A DNA stretch of 64,000 nucleotides from a virus, in IMG/VR virus record IMGVR_UViG_3300025317_000002, positions 19,117-83,116 of that record. The stretch is one strand, 5' to 3'. This document shows, piece after piece, positions 1 through 11,900 of the stretch. The notes under the pieces were generated by a model that was given only the letters and a program-made list of their open reading frames with translations, was not told where the DNA came from and ran no database searches. Numbering within the stretch: the first letter of the stretch is position 1; each line of letters begins with the position of its first letter. The translations under genes were made by a program, and so were the position numbers.

Positions 1-2
1 TC

Positions 3-281
3 CTCCAGGGAGAACCTATCTCCCAAGTGCTCGACGCAATTCTTCTCGAAGACGGAGCCAAAGTTGATTTCAGGGTAGTAAGAGAAGACGACTCCTCCTG
101 GAAGGTTTACAGAGTCAGTATCCTCCCTGGAAGATCCAGACCTAAATCCGAGGAGCTTGGAACATTTACCTCGGAAGAAGAAGCCAATACATTCGCGATT
201 TCTATGACAAAGGGAGTAGGTAAAGCCTACTTCCAGACCAAATTCGGCTCCGGTGCCGTCAGAACCCTAGACATAGATTAG
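3..281 (+). CDS. hypothetical protein, probably 5'-truncated by the window edge
   Basis: Frame is open from base 3 to the TAG at 279-281; no recognisable motif. Confidence 0.6.
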   Translation, partial: LQGEPISQVLDAILLEDGAKVDFRVVREDDSSWKVYRVSILPGRSRPKSEELGTFTSEEEANTFAISMTKGVGKAYFQTKFGSGAVRTLDID

Positions 282-290
282 GAGAATCAT

Positions 291-854
291 ATGGCTGTTG
301 ATAACATGTCGGCTCTCCACATTGCTCAAGGTGGCGACAACGGAGAGTATGAACCACAGCGAGCAAATAACTACAGAGTCGAACTCTACTTGGACGATAT
401 TCCAGGGGCACAAGAGGTGATCACGCTCTCTATAATCGCTGGATTTCTTCCTACAGAGTCAAATGAGATTATCCGGATCGATTATCTGAATGAGTATGTG
501 AAGGTCGCAGGTAAGGCTGCTTGGGAGAACGGCCAGCTTGAGCTTGTGGATTATGCTGATCGGCCTACAGCCAACTCTATCCGAGCCTGGCGGCAGAAGG
601 TCTACGATCCCCAAAACGGTAGAATCGGACTTGCCAAGGCCTACAAGAAACCAGGCTCCATCATTCTCATAGCTCCAGATGAATCAACTACAAGAGAGTG
701 GCAGCTTATTGGCTGCTGGCCTGCTCAGGTCAACTGGGGCAAGCTCGATATGGCGGCAAGAGACGCTTTAGTTCGAATGGTCATTATGCTTTCTTTCGAC
801 AAGGCTATTTTCGTCCAACCTCTTCCCGCCAAGAACTTTAGCCTCTCGGCTTAA
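291..854 (+). CDS. tail tube protein (T4 gp19-like)
   Basis: AGGAG RBS; motifs 'VKVAGKAAW', 'IRAWRQKVYDPQNG...YKK', 'WQLIGCWPAQVNWGKLD'; lies upstream of chaperone and tape measure. Confidence 0.85.
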   Translation: MAVDNMSALHIAQGGDNGEYEPQRANNYRVELYLDDIPGAQEVITLSIIAGFLPTESNEIIRIDYLNEYVKVAGKAAWENGQLELVDYADRPTANSIRAWRQKVYDPQNGRIGLAKAYKKPGSIILIAPDESTTREWQLIGCWPAQVNWGKLDMAARDALVRMVIMLSFDKAIFVQPLPAKNFSLSA

Positions 855-892
855 CATCTAACCTGACACCTCTTCCTACAAGGAGAAGCACC

Positions 893-1702
893 ATGGAAGA
901 AACAGTGGAGTTCCAGGAATTGGAATCCAAACCTATCCCTTTACCTACCGTTACCCTCCCCTCTCGAGGCATTCTTTACGGGGAGAGTGCCCCGGATGGA
1001 GTTGTAACGGTGTTTCCAACAGGCACAAAAGAGGACAAACTATTTGCCTCGATTACCAGAACTTCTGGAGAAGAGATCTACAATCGAATTTTTAGCTCCT
1101 GCATCCAGCCAGCCATAAACCCAACTGAGCTTATTGCAGGAGATAGAACATTTCTCATGCTTTGTATTCGAGCCATCTCCCACATCTACCCTTATCAGTT
1201 TCCTACGAGATGCATAATGTGTGGCTGGCAGGACAAGTTCGAGATCTCAATTCATAAGGATCTTCTCACAGAAGAAAGAATCAAGTATCTTCTAGAAGGC
1301 TTTACAGAACCCTTTGAGGTCGAGCTTCCTTATTCCAAGACGTCTGTGCAATGCAAGCACCTTCGTGGTACTGATCTTCAGGCCATTGCTTCCTATGGAG
1401 AAAATAGAGTTAAGTTAGGTCAAGATGCAGAAGAAGCCAAATACATCTATCGCTTCGTCAAGCATATTGTCTCGATCGAGGGGAAACCCAAAGTATCCCT
1501 ATCGGATAAGCTCAGCTTCGTGGAGGGCCTAAAATCAATTGACACGGATGCGCTCCGAATGGGAATCAACAAGAACTACTGTGGCGTAAATACCACACTT
1601 CGCCCGACTTGTAAGCGGTGTGGCTACATAGACGAAATTCGGCTTCCGATCTTGCCGGAGTTTTTTCGTCCTACCCTCCGAGGTGTATTCGGCGATTCTT
1701 GA
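893..1702 (+). CDS. tail/baseplate hub assembly chaperone (T4 gp26-like)
   Basis: 'VTLPSRG..Y', 'GDRTFLMLCIRAIS', two CxxC pairs, C-terminal 'LPILPEFFRP'; located between tube and tape measure. Confidence 0.7.
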   Translation: MEETVEFQELESKPIPLPTVTLPSRGILYGESAPDGVVTVFPTGTKEDKLFASITRTSGEEIYNRIFSSCIQPAINPTELIAGDRTFLMLCIRAISHIYPYQFPTRCIMCGWQDKFEISIHKDLLTEERIKYLLEGFTEPFEVELPYSKTSVQCKHLRGTDLQAIASYGENRVKLGQDAEEAKYIYRFVKHIVSIEGKPKVSLSDKLSFVEGLKSIDTDALRMGINKNYCGVNTTLRPTCKRCGYIDEIRLPILPEFFRPTLRGVFGDS

Positions 1703-1838
1703 TCGAGAGTACGCCCTCGCACGTCACACAAGCTTTACCTACGCGGACATGGAGGGGATGACGTTTCAAGAGCTAGATGCTTTCTATAAGAGGCTCGCCA
1801 GGGAAATGGAAGAGCGCAAGAAGAAAATGAAGGGCTAA
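1662..1838 (+). CDS. small gp51-like chaperone extension; overlapping +1 frame not shown in the ORF track
   Basis: +1 frame reads FFVLPSEVYSAILDREYALARHTSFTYADMEGMTFQELDAFYKRLAREMEERKKKMKG*; fills the gap exactly up to the tape-measure ATG. Confidence 0.65.
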   Translation, partial: FFVLPSEVYSAILDREYALARHTSFTYADMEGMTFQELDAFYKRLAREMEERKKKMKG

Positions 1839-1839
1839 G

Positions 1840-4026
1840 ATGGCCGTTGAAGAGACCGCAGATTTCATGGGCATGAACATCGATTTCAACCTGAGCACTT
1901 CAGGTTCCTTCGAGCACATGCATCAAGCTGTAGATCTCTGGGACGGAATGCTTGATACCTTCTCAGACGTAACCAGACGTGCTGGCTTCACCAAGGACTC
2001 CATCAACAGCCTCACAAATTCTTTCGGCGACCTCTTAGACGACCTTCCTACCGTTGCTGAGATGCTAAAGGGCGTAAAGGACGTCCTTCCTGACATAGGG
2101 GTTGGCTTATTTGGACTGTTGCATCCGAAGATAGTGGAAGCTGCTGCAACGCTCCAGGAGCAGATCATCAACCTCAAAAACACTGCCCAAGGCATGGAGG
2201 AAGTAGCTGATTCCTTAGCCAAGGCAGCGAGAGATCTGGCAGCGGAAACAAAGGGAGTCTTTGACCCCGTTGCTACCCTCCAGGTGGCTCAGTTTTGGGC
2301 CAATCAAGGAGAGCAGATCGATGAGGTCATTCTTAAGCTTGTCAAATACGGAGAGGTCTTCAGCCAGGTTACGCACCAGAATAGATTTGCCACAGCCGAC
2401 TTTATGAGGGAACTCAAAACTACGCTCGGTATGTCCGAGACTGAGCTTGTAACTCTCCTTGCAAGCATCAACGCAGTCAAGAGTCTGAAGGGAATTCCAG
2501 GTTTCATGCCAGAAGACATTCAGCAGATCCTAAGAGCTAATGTTGGGGCACTGGGCATCATCAATCCTGAAGCCAGGACGAAAGCGATGGGAGACATTAT
2601 CGGTATGGCGGGAGCACTCAAGGCCGCAGGATTTACTGGGGATGTAGGGGGCATCTTCAACCAACTCTTAGTCGGTCTTCAGGCCCCATCAGAAAGTGCG
2701 GGATTCCAACGCATTGCGAAGCCACTTTCAATTGCTGGAGTGCCAATTGAGCCTATGCAGCGAGCAATGGATCGAGGAGACGTAAGAGAAGTCCTTGAAC
2801 TCTTTATCACAGGCCTTCGGGATTTGCTAAACACCACTGGAGGTGCTGGAAAACTTGCCGGCCTCACTAATGTAATGGGGATGAGCCCAGAAGAGGCTGC
2901 TAAGTTCGCAATGGTTCTTCCCCGCTTCGATCCAAAAGAAGCAGACAGAGTAATTGAAGTTTGGCAAAATATCAGCAAGAACATGCAACTTATGCTCGAG
3001 CAGTTTGACAGAACTCAAACAGGTTTCAATAAGGCTGTAGAGAGAAACAGAAATCTCATGACTCTCATCCGTCAGGATCTTGGAGTCGAGACTTTGAATC
3101 CCCTTACTTACGGACTAAATACCATAAATGAGCTTCTCGTCAAACTCCACACCTGGCTTGAGAAGCAAGATGAAGCAACTAAGAAAAACATTATAAGCTT
3201 CATTGGTTGGGGTGAAGCCATCTTAGGTCTCGTGGCTTCAGGCGGAGCACTTCGCATTCTGACTGGAGTTCTTGGAGGAGGAGCTGCTGCAGGTGGAATC
3301 TTTAGCCTTGGAGTTCTTGGGATGCTTATCGCTATTACGGCTGCCTTGACTGCAGGATACCTGGTTTGGAAGAACTGGGAGACAATCCTTCCTGTTATTA
3401 CAGCTCTACTTGGAAAGTTTAATGACAAAGCACTTGAAAACCCAGACTTTAATCCGCTTGGCCTCGGTGCAGTCTCTAGGAGTATGGATAAGTATATTCG
3501 AGAACAGATTGCTGCTGGAAACAAAGATCCTAATATGTGGGGTTGGGTTTGGGACACTCTCAAAGAATACTCCAATGTTAGGCCAGAAAATTCTCAAGAA
3601 GCCAGGATAAGAGGAGAACAAGAGAGAGCTTATCAACTAGAACTGGACAAGAGATACGGAGAAAAGCATGGCACAGGAGATTACTTTGATGAGCAAGGTT
3701 ATCATGCTCCTACAATTGAGGTCAAAATTGAGCCTGTAATACCAGATCCATTTCATCCTGGAAGAGTTGTAACCCCCTCAGAGCTGGCACCAGGAATCTT
3801 TGAAGACCTCAAATCTCTCCTTCAAGGAAACAATGTTTCCAAAGAGACAATCCAGAAGTTCGAAAAAGCCATCTCGGAAAATGCTGCTGCTTCCAAGGAA
3901 CACACTGAAGCAGTAAAAGCTGTTCGCCAGGCTCTTTTGGAAGAGGGAATTCTAATCAAGAGCAATCAGACAGATATACTCTTTCATTACGCTAGTATGC
4001 CCTCAAGACCCTATGTTCCATTCTAG
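1840..4026 (+). CDS. tape measure protein
   Basis: Long helical Ala/Gly/Leu-rich protein with hydrophobic segment 'ALTAGYLVWKNWETI'; canonical position after chaperones. Confidence 0.8.
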   Translation: MAVEETADFMGMNIDFNLSTSGSFEHMHQAVDLWDGMLDTFSDVTRRAGFTKDSINSLTNSFGDLLDDLPTVAEMLKGVKDVLPDIGVGLFGLLHPKIVEAAATLQEQIINLKNTAQGMEEVADSLAKAARDLAAETKGVFDPVATLQVAQFWANQGEQIDEVILKLVKYGEVFSQVTHQNRFATADFMRELKTTLGMSETELVTLLASINAVKSLKGIPGFMPEDIQQILRANVGALGIINPEARTKAMGDIIGMAGALKAAGFTGDVGGIFNQLLVGLQAPSESAGFQRIAKPLSIAGVPIEPMQRAMDRGDVREVLELFITGLRDLLNTTGGAGKLAGLTNVMGMSPEEAAKFAMVLPRFDPKEADRVIEVWQNISKNMQLMLEQFDRTQTGFNKAVERNRNLMTLIRQDLGVETLNPLTYGLNTINELLVKLHTWLEKQDEATKKNIISFIGWGEAILGLVASGGALRILTGVLGGGAAAGGIFSLGVLGMLIAITAALTAGYLVWKNWETILPVITALLGKFNDKALENPDFNPLGLGAVSRSMDKYIREQIAAGNKDPNMWGWVWDTLKEYSNVRPENSQEARIRGEQERAYQLELDKRYGEKHGTGDYFDEQGYHAPTIEVKIEPVIPDPFHPGRVVTPSELAPGIFEDLKSLLQGNNVSKETIQKFEKAISENAAASKEHTEAVKAVRQALLEEGILIKSNQTDILFHYASMPSRPYVPF

Positions 4027-4056
4027 GGAAATGGAACATACTTAGAGGAATAGGGA

Positions 4057-4614
4057 ATGCCAAATCTCACTTCTGCATACATTGTCGATCTCGACAATCC
4101 TCAGGACAAGCTGGAGTTCCAGTTCATGCCTCCTGAGATCGAAGAAGACAAGATTGCAGATTGGGAACACTTTACCATCATCGGGAGATCTGAACCTGTC
4201 CAAGGTTGGGGCTCGAGTGGACCCAGAACATTCAACTTGACTTTGAGATTCATTGCAGGTGACTTAACTCCTGAGGAAGTCAAACAAAAGGTTGACTTTT
4301 GCAGGTCACTCGTTTATCCTGATTATGCGGCAAACCTTACCCCGCCTCCTGACCTTCTCTTGATTGTGGGTAAGCTATTCTCGTCTCAAGTGATCTGCAA
4401 GAGCTACCGAACCAAGTATATGTCTCCTTGGGATACGATAACTCTTCTTCCCTATCAAGCTGAGGTTACTTTCACCTTCGAGGAAGTCAACCAGTTCCCA
4501 TTTGGAAAGAAGGAAGTGAGATCAGGTAGAGACATATCGAGACAACCTGTAATCCAAAAGGACGAACCTATTAAAAACGTTGATTTCGCAATTTCAACAG
4601 AAAATCTGGCTTAG
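4057..4614 (+). CDS. tail tube initiator / contractile-tail tube-like protein
   Basis: 'FQFMPPEI.E.K.A.W....IIGRSEPVQ...SGPRTFNLTL.F' and 'PP.LLL..G' patterns; follows tape measure. Confidence 0.7.
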   Translation: MPNLTSAYIVDLDNPQDKLEFQFMPPEIEEDKIADWEHFTIIGRSEPVQGWGSSGPRTFNLTLRFIAGDLTPEEVKQKVDFCRSLVYPDYAANLTPPPDLLLIVGKLFSSQVICKSYRTKYMSPWDTITLLPYQAEVTFTFEEVNQFPFGKKEVRSGRDISRQPVIQKDEPIKNVDFAISTENLA

Positions 4615-4616
4615 AC

Positions 4617-5183
4617 ATGATCATTGCACTAGACATTCAACATCTAAATAAACCTCCTTCGGCTTCTAACCCCAAGAGTTCTAAAGATAGAGGGGTAGCT
4701 TACGGCACTTTGACCGAGGTAGACATTTCGACCGTCTATGCCAACCTCGCAAGGCAGCTTCTCGATAAAGCAGGTCATACTGTCTACATGGGATTTACTG
4801 GAGAATACTCAGAGAGACAGTCTCTGGCGGTCAGGATGAAAACAGATGTCTACATCGCCTGTCATGTCAATGCTGGAAAGGGATCTTATTCTCTTATCGA
4901 GATCAAGAAGAAGTCCTCTGGAAAAGATCTTCCCTATGCTCAGATTCTTCTTGACGCACTTCTATCCAAGCTCGGAACAAAGAAAGCTTCAACTCCCATC
5001 TGGGAACTCCAGGAAGGGGATAGGGGGTTTAGTTGTATCTCAAACACACAGATGGTTTCCTTGCTCCTCGAACCCTTCTTCATTGATAATGATGAATACT
5101 ACAAGAAGGTGCTCACAGGTGAACTCCAAGAACAAATTGCCCAAGCGATATTGGAGGCCGTAACAAAATGGAGCCAAAAGTAG
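4617..5183 (+). CDS. N-acetylmuramoyl-L-alanine amidase (Amidase_3 family)
   Basis: Zn-ligand/catalytic pattern 'IALDIQH...E...IACHVNA...LLEPFFIDN'. Confidence 0.8.
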   Translation: MIIALDIQHLNKPPSASNPKSSKDRGVAYGTLTEVDISTVYANLARQLLDKAGHTVYMGFTGEYSERQSLAVRMKTDVYIACHVNAGKGSYSLIEIKKKSSGKDLPYAQILLDALLSKLGTKKASTPIWELQEGDRGFSCISNTQMVSLLLEPFFIDNDEYYKKVLTGELQEQIAQAILEAVTKWSQK

Positions 5184-5545
5184 AATTCCCGAATGAAACC
5201 AAAGCAGAGATCCTCAAATCTCTTGAGGATGCACTTTTAAATTCTGCTTCTCAGTATAATCTTTCTCTTCATGAAGTAAAGAATCTCTTTTTCACAGGGT
5301 TAGGGGAAGCTGAAAAGCTTGAAGATCTCTATTCTAAAGAAGAAGGAGACCTGAAATCCCTAGAGTGGCATAGGGCCATGAAAAGTAAACTCTCCCCTGA
5401 GCCGTGGTATGAAAAAATTCCGGGTTGGATCATTGACCTAGTTAAAGTCGTTGCAGTAGGAGCAGTAAAAGGCTACCTCCTAAGAGACCACTACTCTTTC
5501 TTCGAAGAGGCAAAGCGTCATGAGCACACCAAGAAGACTTCATAG
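5168..5545 (+). CDS. hypothetical protein
   Basis: ORF tightly overlapping both neighbours. Confidence 0.55.
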   Translation: MEPKVEFPNETKAEILKSLEDALLNSASQYNLSLHEVKNLFFTGLGEAEKLEDLYSKEEGDLKSLEWHRAMKSKLSPEPWYEKIPGWIIDLVKVVAVGAVKGYLLRDHYSFFEEAKRHEHTKKTS

Positions 5546-5912
5546 ATTCGGTAAGGAAGAAACAACCTTCCTACGAACCGTAACAGCGGATGATACTATC
5601 CCTCCAATTGAAGGTATGTTTCAAGCTGAAGCAGAGGGATACGAAGAGACCAATTATTATCTCAAGTTTGCCAGCACTGACTTTGTCGTAACGGCTCATA
5701 TCTATATTTGGGTGGAACCGGAAGCCTTCGTAACGGGTAGTAAAGCAAGTCATCCTGATTTTCCGATTCTCTTTGTGGACCCTATTCCTGGGATCAAAGA
5801 CTCGACGCTTCTCACAGTAAATTCCAGAGGAAAGAAAACCGCGCTTCTTCTTACAAAGGACTCTGGGACGAACATGAGCGTCAACATCTATTTCGATGGT
5901 AACAACTATTAG
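5520..5912 (+). CDS. hypothetical (probably virion) protein
   Basis: Beta-rich ORF in the operon with GAGG RBS. Confidence 0.55.
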   Translation: MSTPRRLHRFGKEETTFLRTVTADDTIPPIEGMFQAEAEGYEETNYYLKFASTDFVVTAHIYIWVEPEAFVTGSKASHPDFPILFVDPIPGIKDSTLLTVNSRGKKTALLLTKDSGTNMSVNIYFDGNNY

Positions 5913-5929
5913 AAAGTCTGGAGTATCTT

Positions 5930-8900
5930 ATGTGGCCGCTTGTAGGATTCATCTCGAATTATCTCACAACTCCTGAGGGAGACAAGAGATACACCAAGCT
6001 TGTCTCTTTTGCCGTTTCCAAGTCCGATATCCCTTCCCTTAAAGCTGTTCCGGCAGCGGAAGCTACTCCTGTAGGGGACGTTTACATTGACCACCAGTCT
6101 AGGTGGGTGGAAAATGTTACTGGAATGACGACCCCTACTATCCCAACGATTGCACAGCAAGGAACTCCAGGAAGTGCAACTTATGGCTACCAGGTTGCTG
6201 CTGTTAGTGCGAATGGGGAGACTCCTCTTTCTCCGGAAAGAGAAACTACAACAGGGCCTACCACTCTCAACGGAACAGATTTCAATAGAATTACTTGGTC
6301 CGCAGTGACAGGAGCCACATCCTACAAAGTTTACCGAACCACGTCGTCTGGTTCAGGCGACCAGACCACACTTGGTTTGATTGGAACCATCTCTGCCCCC
6401 ACAACTCAGTTTGACGACCAGGGAGGAGTCTCCACCGCAGCTATTCCTCTTGGCCGTGGTTCCCATTATGTCTTTGATGCTCAAGCCACAGCAGTTTCAG
6501 ATGGCATTCTTGCAGTTAGGCCGGATGATATTGCAAATGATACCATCCCAGGCCGCTGGATTCAAACTCCCTTTGAAGTAACAATTGATCATAATCTTCT
6601 TGATAATCTCGATCAAGGAGACAAGCATACCCAATATACTCTTCTTGCGGGTCGTTCCGGTACAGCCAACGACATAATTCTTTCGACCACGGCTTCTGGC
6701 AAACTTTCTGGTTCTTCTGCTTCTGGTCAAGGGCTTACGCTCCAATCTACAATACATGGAACTAAAGGCCCAATCTCATTTGGGGCCAGTTCTTACAATG
6801 AAGTAAATGACTATGTGATATTTGGTGGATCTGCATCCCTTGCTAACGTATTTAGTATAAAGACATCTGGTACTCTTGATTCTGCTACTGCCCTTTCTAT
6901 TGCAGGTCTTAATATTGAGCAAGCTTTAGCTGCTGGCTCAAATAACAATGAACGCGTCTATGCTATGCGTGTGGTGCCGTCATTTCTTGATCTTACTAGA
7001 ACAGGAATGGCCCACTATGGGTTTGTATGCTCAGATGGACTTTCGGGGTTCCAGACTCTTACTCCTACAGCAATTCTAGAAATAGTATCTAGTCAAGTAT
7101 CAGGAACCCAAAATGCGATTACTTCTGGATCAAGTACAACTGTAACTACAACTGCCAATGCTTTTGCGAACGTCCATGTAGGTGCCCTTATTACAGCTAA
7201 CTCTCTTACAAGAATGGTGGTGGCAAAGGCGTCTACTACATCTCTTACAGTAGACACAGCAGTAGATTGGGATAACACCGGAGCGGGGTATGCATTTACC
7301 TTCAAAAACCCCATACTCAATCTGACCGATACCTCAACAGTTCTTGCCTTTCTTGCAACAGATGGCGGATTGGCTATTCGAGAAACAAGTGCGGTCTATA
7401 AAATAGCAAATCATGGGCGTGTCTACACAAAGGATGTTTCTGGCATTACCGAGTTGTTCTACATGGATAGTGCGGGGGCAGAAGAACAAATTTCTTCTGG
7501 GGCAGGAGGGCCGGTAGAAGGTTCTGGCACGTTAAATTTCCTTTCCAAGTGGACTCCGGATGGAAATACTATCGGCGATTCTCAGATAGCTGATAACGGG
7601 ACAATTGTTTCCATTACAAAGAGTGGAGCAGGAACTCTCGATCTCTTCCGATTTGCTTCTTCCCAAACTGCTGCAAATAATAGTGGCACAAATATTTTAT
7701 TCAATGCACTCCGGACCACTTCTGGAACTACGGATGTAGCAAGCGTAGCAGGACTTATCACCGACATTACAGATAATGCCTACAAGGGAGCCCTCCTTTT
7801 CAAAACATCCAATAATACTGCTCCTGCTGAAGTTGCCAGATTCGATTATCTGGGCAATCTTCTATTTGCTGCTGGAGAGACGGGAAATATAGGAGCGGTC
7901 GGAGCGACAAGACCGGATAATGTTTATGTCAAAACCTCAGTCGTAATTGGTTCAACTACAACAGTCACTACCGATACTGTAGCATTTTCGGCTGGTGGCA
8001 CTGTATCTACAGTAGGAGCAAATCTTCTTGTTAATCCTGGAAACTCTATTGTCTCATTTGGAGGAAATACAGCTTCCTTTCCTGCCTTAAAAAGAAATGC
8101 GACTGCTCTTAACTTTCGTCTTGCAGATGACTCTGCTGATGCTCCTTTTACTTCTGGATCTGGAACTCTATCTGGCCTTCTCTCATTTTCAGGTACTACT
8201 CACGCTGGATTACGGCTCAATACTCTTACTACTACACAGAGAGATGCCATCTCTCCTATTGCTGGGGATCTCATCTATAACTCTACGACCGCCCAGTACG
8301 AGAAGTATGAGGGAGCAGCTTGGAAGTCTCTCGGTCCTACTGGAATTGCAAGTGGAGTTGGAGTTTTAAATTCACCAGCTTATTGGAATGGCACAGACAC
8401 GCTGGCAGGAAACTCTAATTGGGTATGGGATAATACTAATGTTAGGATGGGGGTTGGAAAATCGGTTCCATTAGCACCTCTTCACACTTTAAAATCCGCT
8501 GCACCTTCAACACAAACTTTTAATTTTGAAGATGGGACTGTTCAGGGTTGGACCGGGGATTTTGTTCCTGGTAATACAGACCCACATGGTGGATCATGGA
8601 TGATTGAAACGGGTACGTCATCATCCAATACTTATAATGCATCATATGCATCCATTACTGTAGGTCAATCATCTACGTTTTCTGCATGGGTGAAGGGGGG
8701 TAGCACCGGAAATTGGTATTTAGTTGTGGATGGGGTGCAGCAGGCAAGTACAGGATCTCATGGTGAATGGGATCAAATAAGTGTTGCTTTGTCTGAAGGA
8801 ACTCATTCGTTAGGGGTAAGAATTATCCGATCTGGAGGTGGAACAGCGAATGCGCGGATTGATGATATAACAGTAACGAATACTACTCCTCCTGACTACA

Positions 8901-11900
8901 CAGCGGTTAACGCTTTATTTGAAGGGTGGGTAGGAATAGGTGGCACCACATCCCCGGATGGAATACTAGAAATCGCTCCTCCGGCACAATCGAGGTCAGT
9001 GGAAACTCCGTTTTTAATTGTGGATGGGGCGGAGAATCTTCTTACTCTGACTGACAATATCACAGATCAGAGATGGCTATCGATTCCTGCCCCTACTATC
9101 TCCATTTCAAGTGCAAAGACTGTAACAAGAGGAACATCTCTTTACATTGGGGGTGCTCCTTCTAATTCTGGTGCGGGAACTCTTTCTGCTGCATATTCCA
9201 TATTTTCGGATAATGGACTTGTCCGATTCGATAGAGAGTCTATTGGGGCTACACCAACCGATGGAATTCAACTCCTAAACAATACCGCTGCTGCGGACGG
9301 AGCCCAGCAGTATGGACCAGCCCTTCACCAAGGGGGGTATGGCTGGAAGACAGATGCCACTGCTGCTTCTCAAGCAGTAGATTGGATGCTATATCCTACT
9401 GCTGTTCAAGCCGCGGCGAATCCTACATCTGTCTATAATTGGGATTTCTCAGTAAATGGTGGGGCCTATGCTACCAAGCTGTCCCTATCATCGGCGGGTC
9501 TCTTGACTTTAACCCAAGTTAAGATTACTGGGGGGACCCCCGGCATTGATAAGATTCTTACAGATTCAGATGGAACTGGCTTAGCAGTATGGAAAACTCT
9601 AGGAGAGTTAGGAACGGCAGTAGATAAAGTAGGGACTCCGGTAGATGAGCAGGTAGCAATCTGGACTGATGCTAATACTATTGAGGGCAAAACACTTACT
9701 CAAACGGCCAATCAAGTACTTATTGTTCAAGATGCAACAACCGTTACTTTTTCTACTCCTCAAAGTATTCATACTGCTGCTACTCCTCAATTTGCTAAAT
9801 TAGGGCTTGGGCTGGCGGCTGGATCTGAAGCATTAGATATACTAGGTAGAATAAAGTTTGGGATGAGTCGAGCTGATGCAACTCAGAAGGATGCTTATTT
9901 GCTTGTTCCTCATTATACTAATGTTGAAGAGGAGCTTCTAGCATTCTATGGAACATCTTCTGCTACTGGTAATACTCTGGTATTTGGGGGTGGCGGATCG
10001 GCTTTTAATGCCGCAACTGTAATATTATTCAAGACAGCAGCAAATACTACTACTCTCAATGGAACAGAACGATTGAGAATTGATAGTACTGGATTACTAA
10101 AATTTTCTGCCTATTCTACAGGCATTCTCCATTCTGACGCAGATGGAGATATTACCTCGTCAGCTACTAACCTAGCAAGCGCAGATGTGACTGGGCTTCT
10201 TCCCCTGGCGAATGGGGGATTGAATGCTAACTTAACAGCTTCTAACGGTGGAATTTTCTATTCTACTGCAACTGCCGGAGCTATTTTAGCAGGAACTGCT
10301 ACGGCTAACAAAATTCTCCTCTCCGGCTCTAGTGCGGCTCCTGCATGGTCAACAGCTACGTATCCCACTACGACTACAATCAACCAAATTCTTTATTCTT
10401 CAGCAGCTAATACAGTGGTAGGACTGGCTTCCACTGCCAGTTCCATTTTAGTGACCGATGGAAGTAGTGTTCCTTCTCTAGCAACCGATATACCCACTGC
10501 TATAACGATTGGGGGAGCTTATATTTACAGAGCAAGTGGAACGGATGTTTCTCTAGCTGATGGAGGTACTAACGCTTCCCTAACTGCTGTAGCTGGGGCA
10601 GTAGCCTACTCTGGGGCCTCCGCAATAGTTTTTAATGCTGCTGGCAATAGTGGTGAGTTTCTAAGAAGTGGAGGTACTGGTTCACCCACATGGTTTGATC
10701 TTTTCACTACTGCTAATACATTTACAGCAGCACAGACAATAAACAACGGAACAACTCCAGCAGATAATCTCATTCTTACAATTGCGGCAATAGGCGTTGC
10801 TGGAACAAGGGATTCTCATTCCATTAGGTTTACTGGGGCATCCGATGATGGATTTGCTCATATTGTAGATTGGAAGCTCTTCAATGACGTTACATCTAAT
10901 GCCGGAGCTTCTACTTTTACATTTCAATCAAGAGTGGACGTAGCAAGTCTTACAACGAGATTTTCCTGTACCGATGCTGGTATATTTAATCTTATGTCGG
11001 GAGGTGTTTACCAAGTCAACGGCATAGCAATAAAAGATCTTGCAGAGACATTCCAGAACAAGACCCTTGACAATACCAACACCGTCAACCTTAAAGACAC
11101 TCTTTTTACACTTGAGGATGATGGTGATTCCACCAAGAAGCTTCAGTTCCAGCTCTCCGGAATCACAACAGGAAACACAAGAACACTCACAGTCCCGAAT
11201 GCAAGCGACGTTATCGCAGTTCTTGGGCTTATTCAAACGTTCCAGAATAAGACGCTGGACAATTCGAACACTTTCAATGCGAAGGATACGCTTTTCACCC
11301 TGGAAGACGACGGGGATGCAACCAAGAAGCTCCAATTCCAATGTTCGGGGATTACTGGCGGACAAACTAGAACTCTTACTGCCCCTGATGCTTCAGGAAC
11401 CTTAGCCCTCTTGGGTTTAGCCCAAACATTCTCTGCCGCGCAGACATTTTCTTCGGATGTTTCGTTTGGTGGAAATATTCTCTTTACTGGAACAGCCAAG
11501 GCATTTGAGATAAAGACCAGCTCTGTTCTTGTAGAGGATAACCATATCTACTTGAACTCTGGGTATACTGCTGATACAGCGCAGACAGGTGGTTTTGTGA
11601 TCAATTATGACCCGACTACAACCACTGATACGGTAGCTGCAACAGGATTTGTCGCAGGAGTAGCTTCTACCAGTAATCCTACCGTGATTACAACTGGATC
11701 TGCAACTTTTTCGGCGCATGATTTGATTCAAATATCTGGGGCAGAGAACCCAAATAATAATGGACTCTTTGAAGTTCTGACGCATACTGTAACAACACTT
11801 ACCATAAAAGGTATTGGAACAACTGCGACTACTCAAGATTGGGTTCAGAATCAGTTTGTAACTGATACGACGGTTGCGGGATCAATTTACAAAGTTAATG

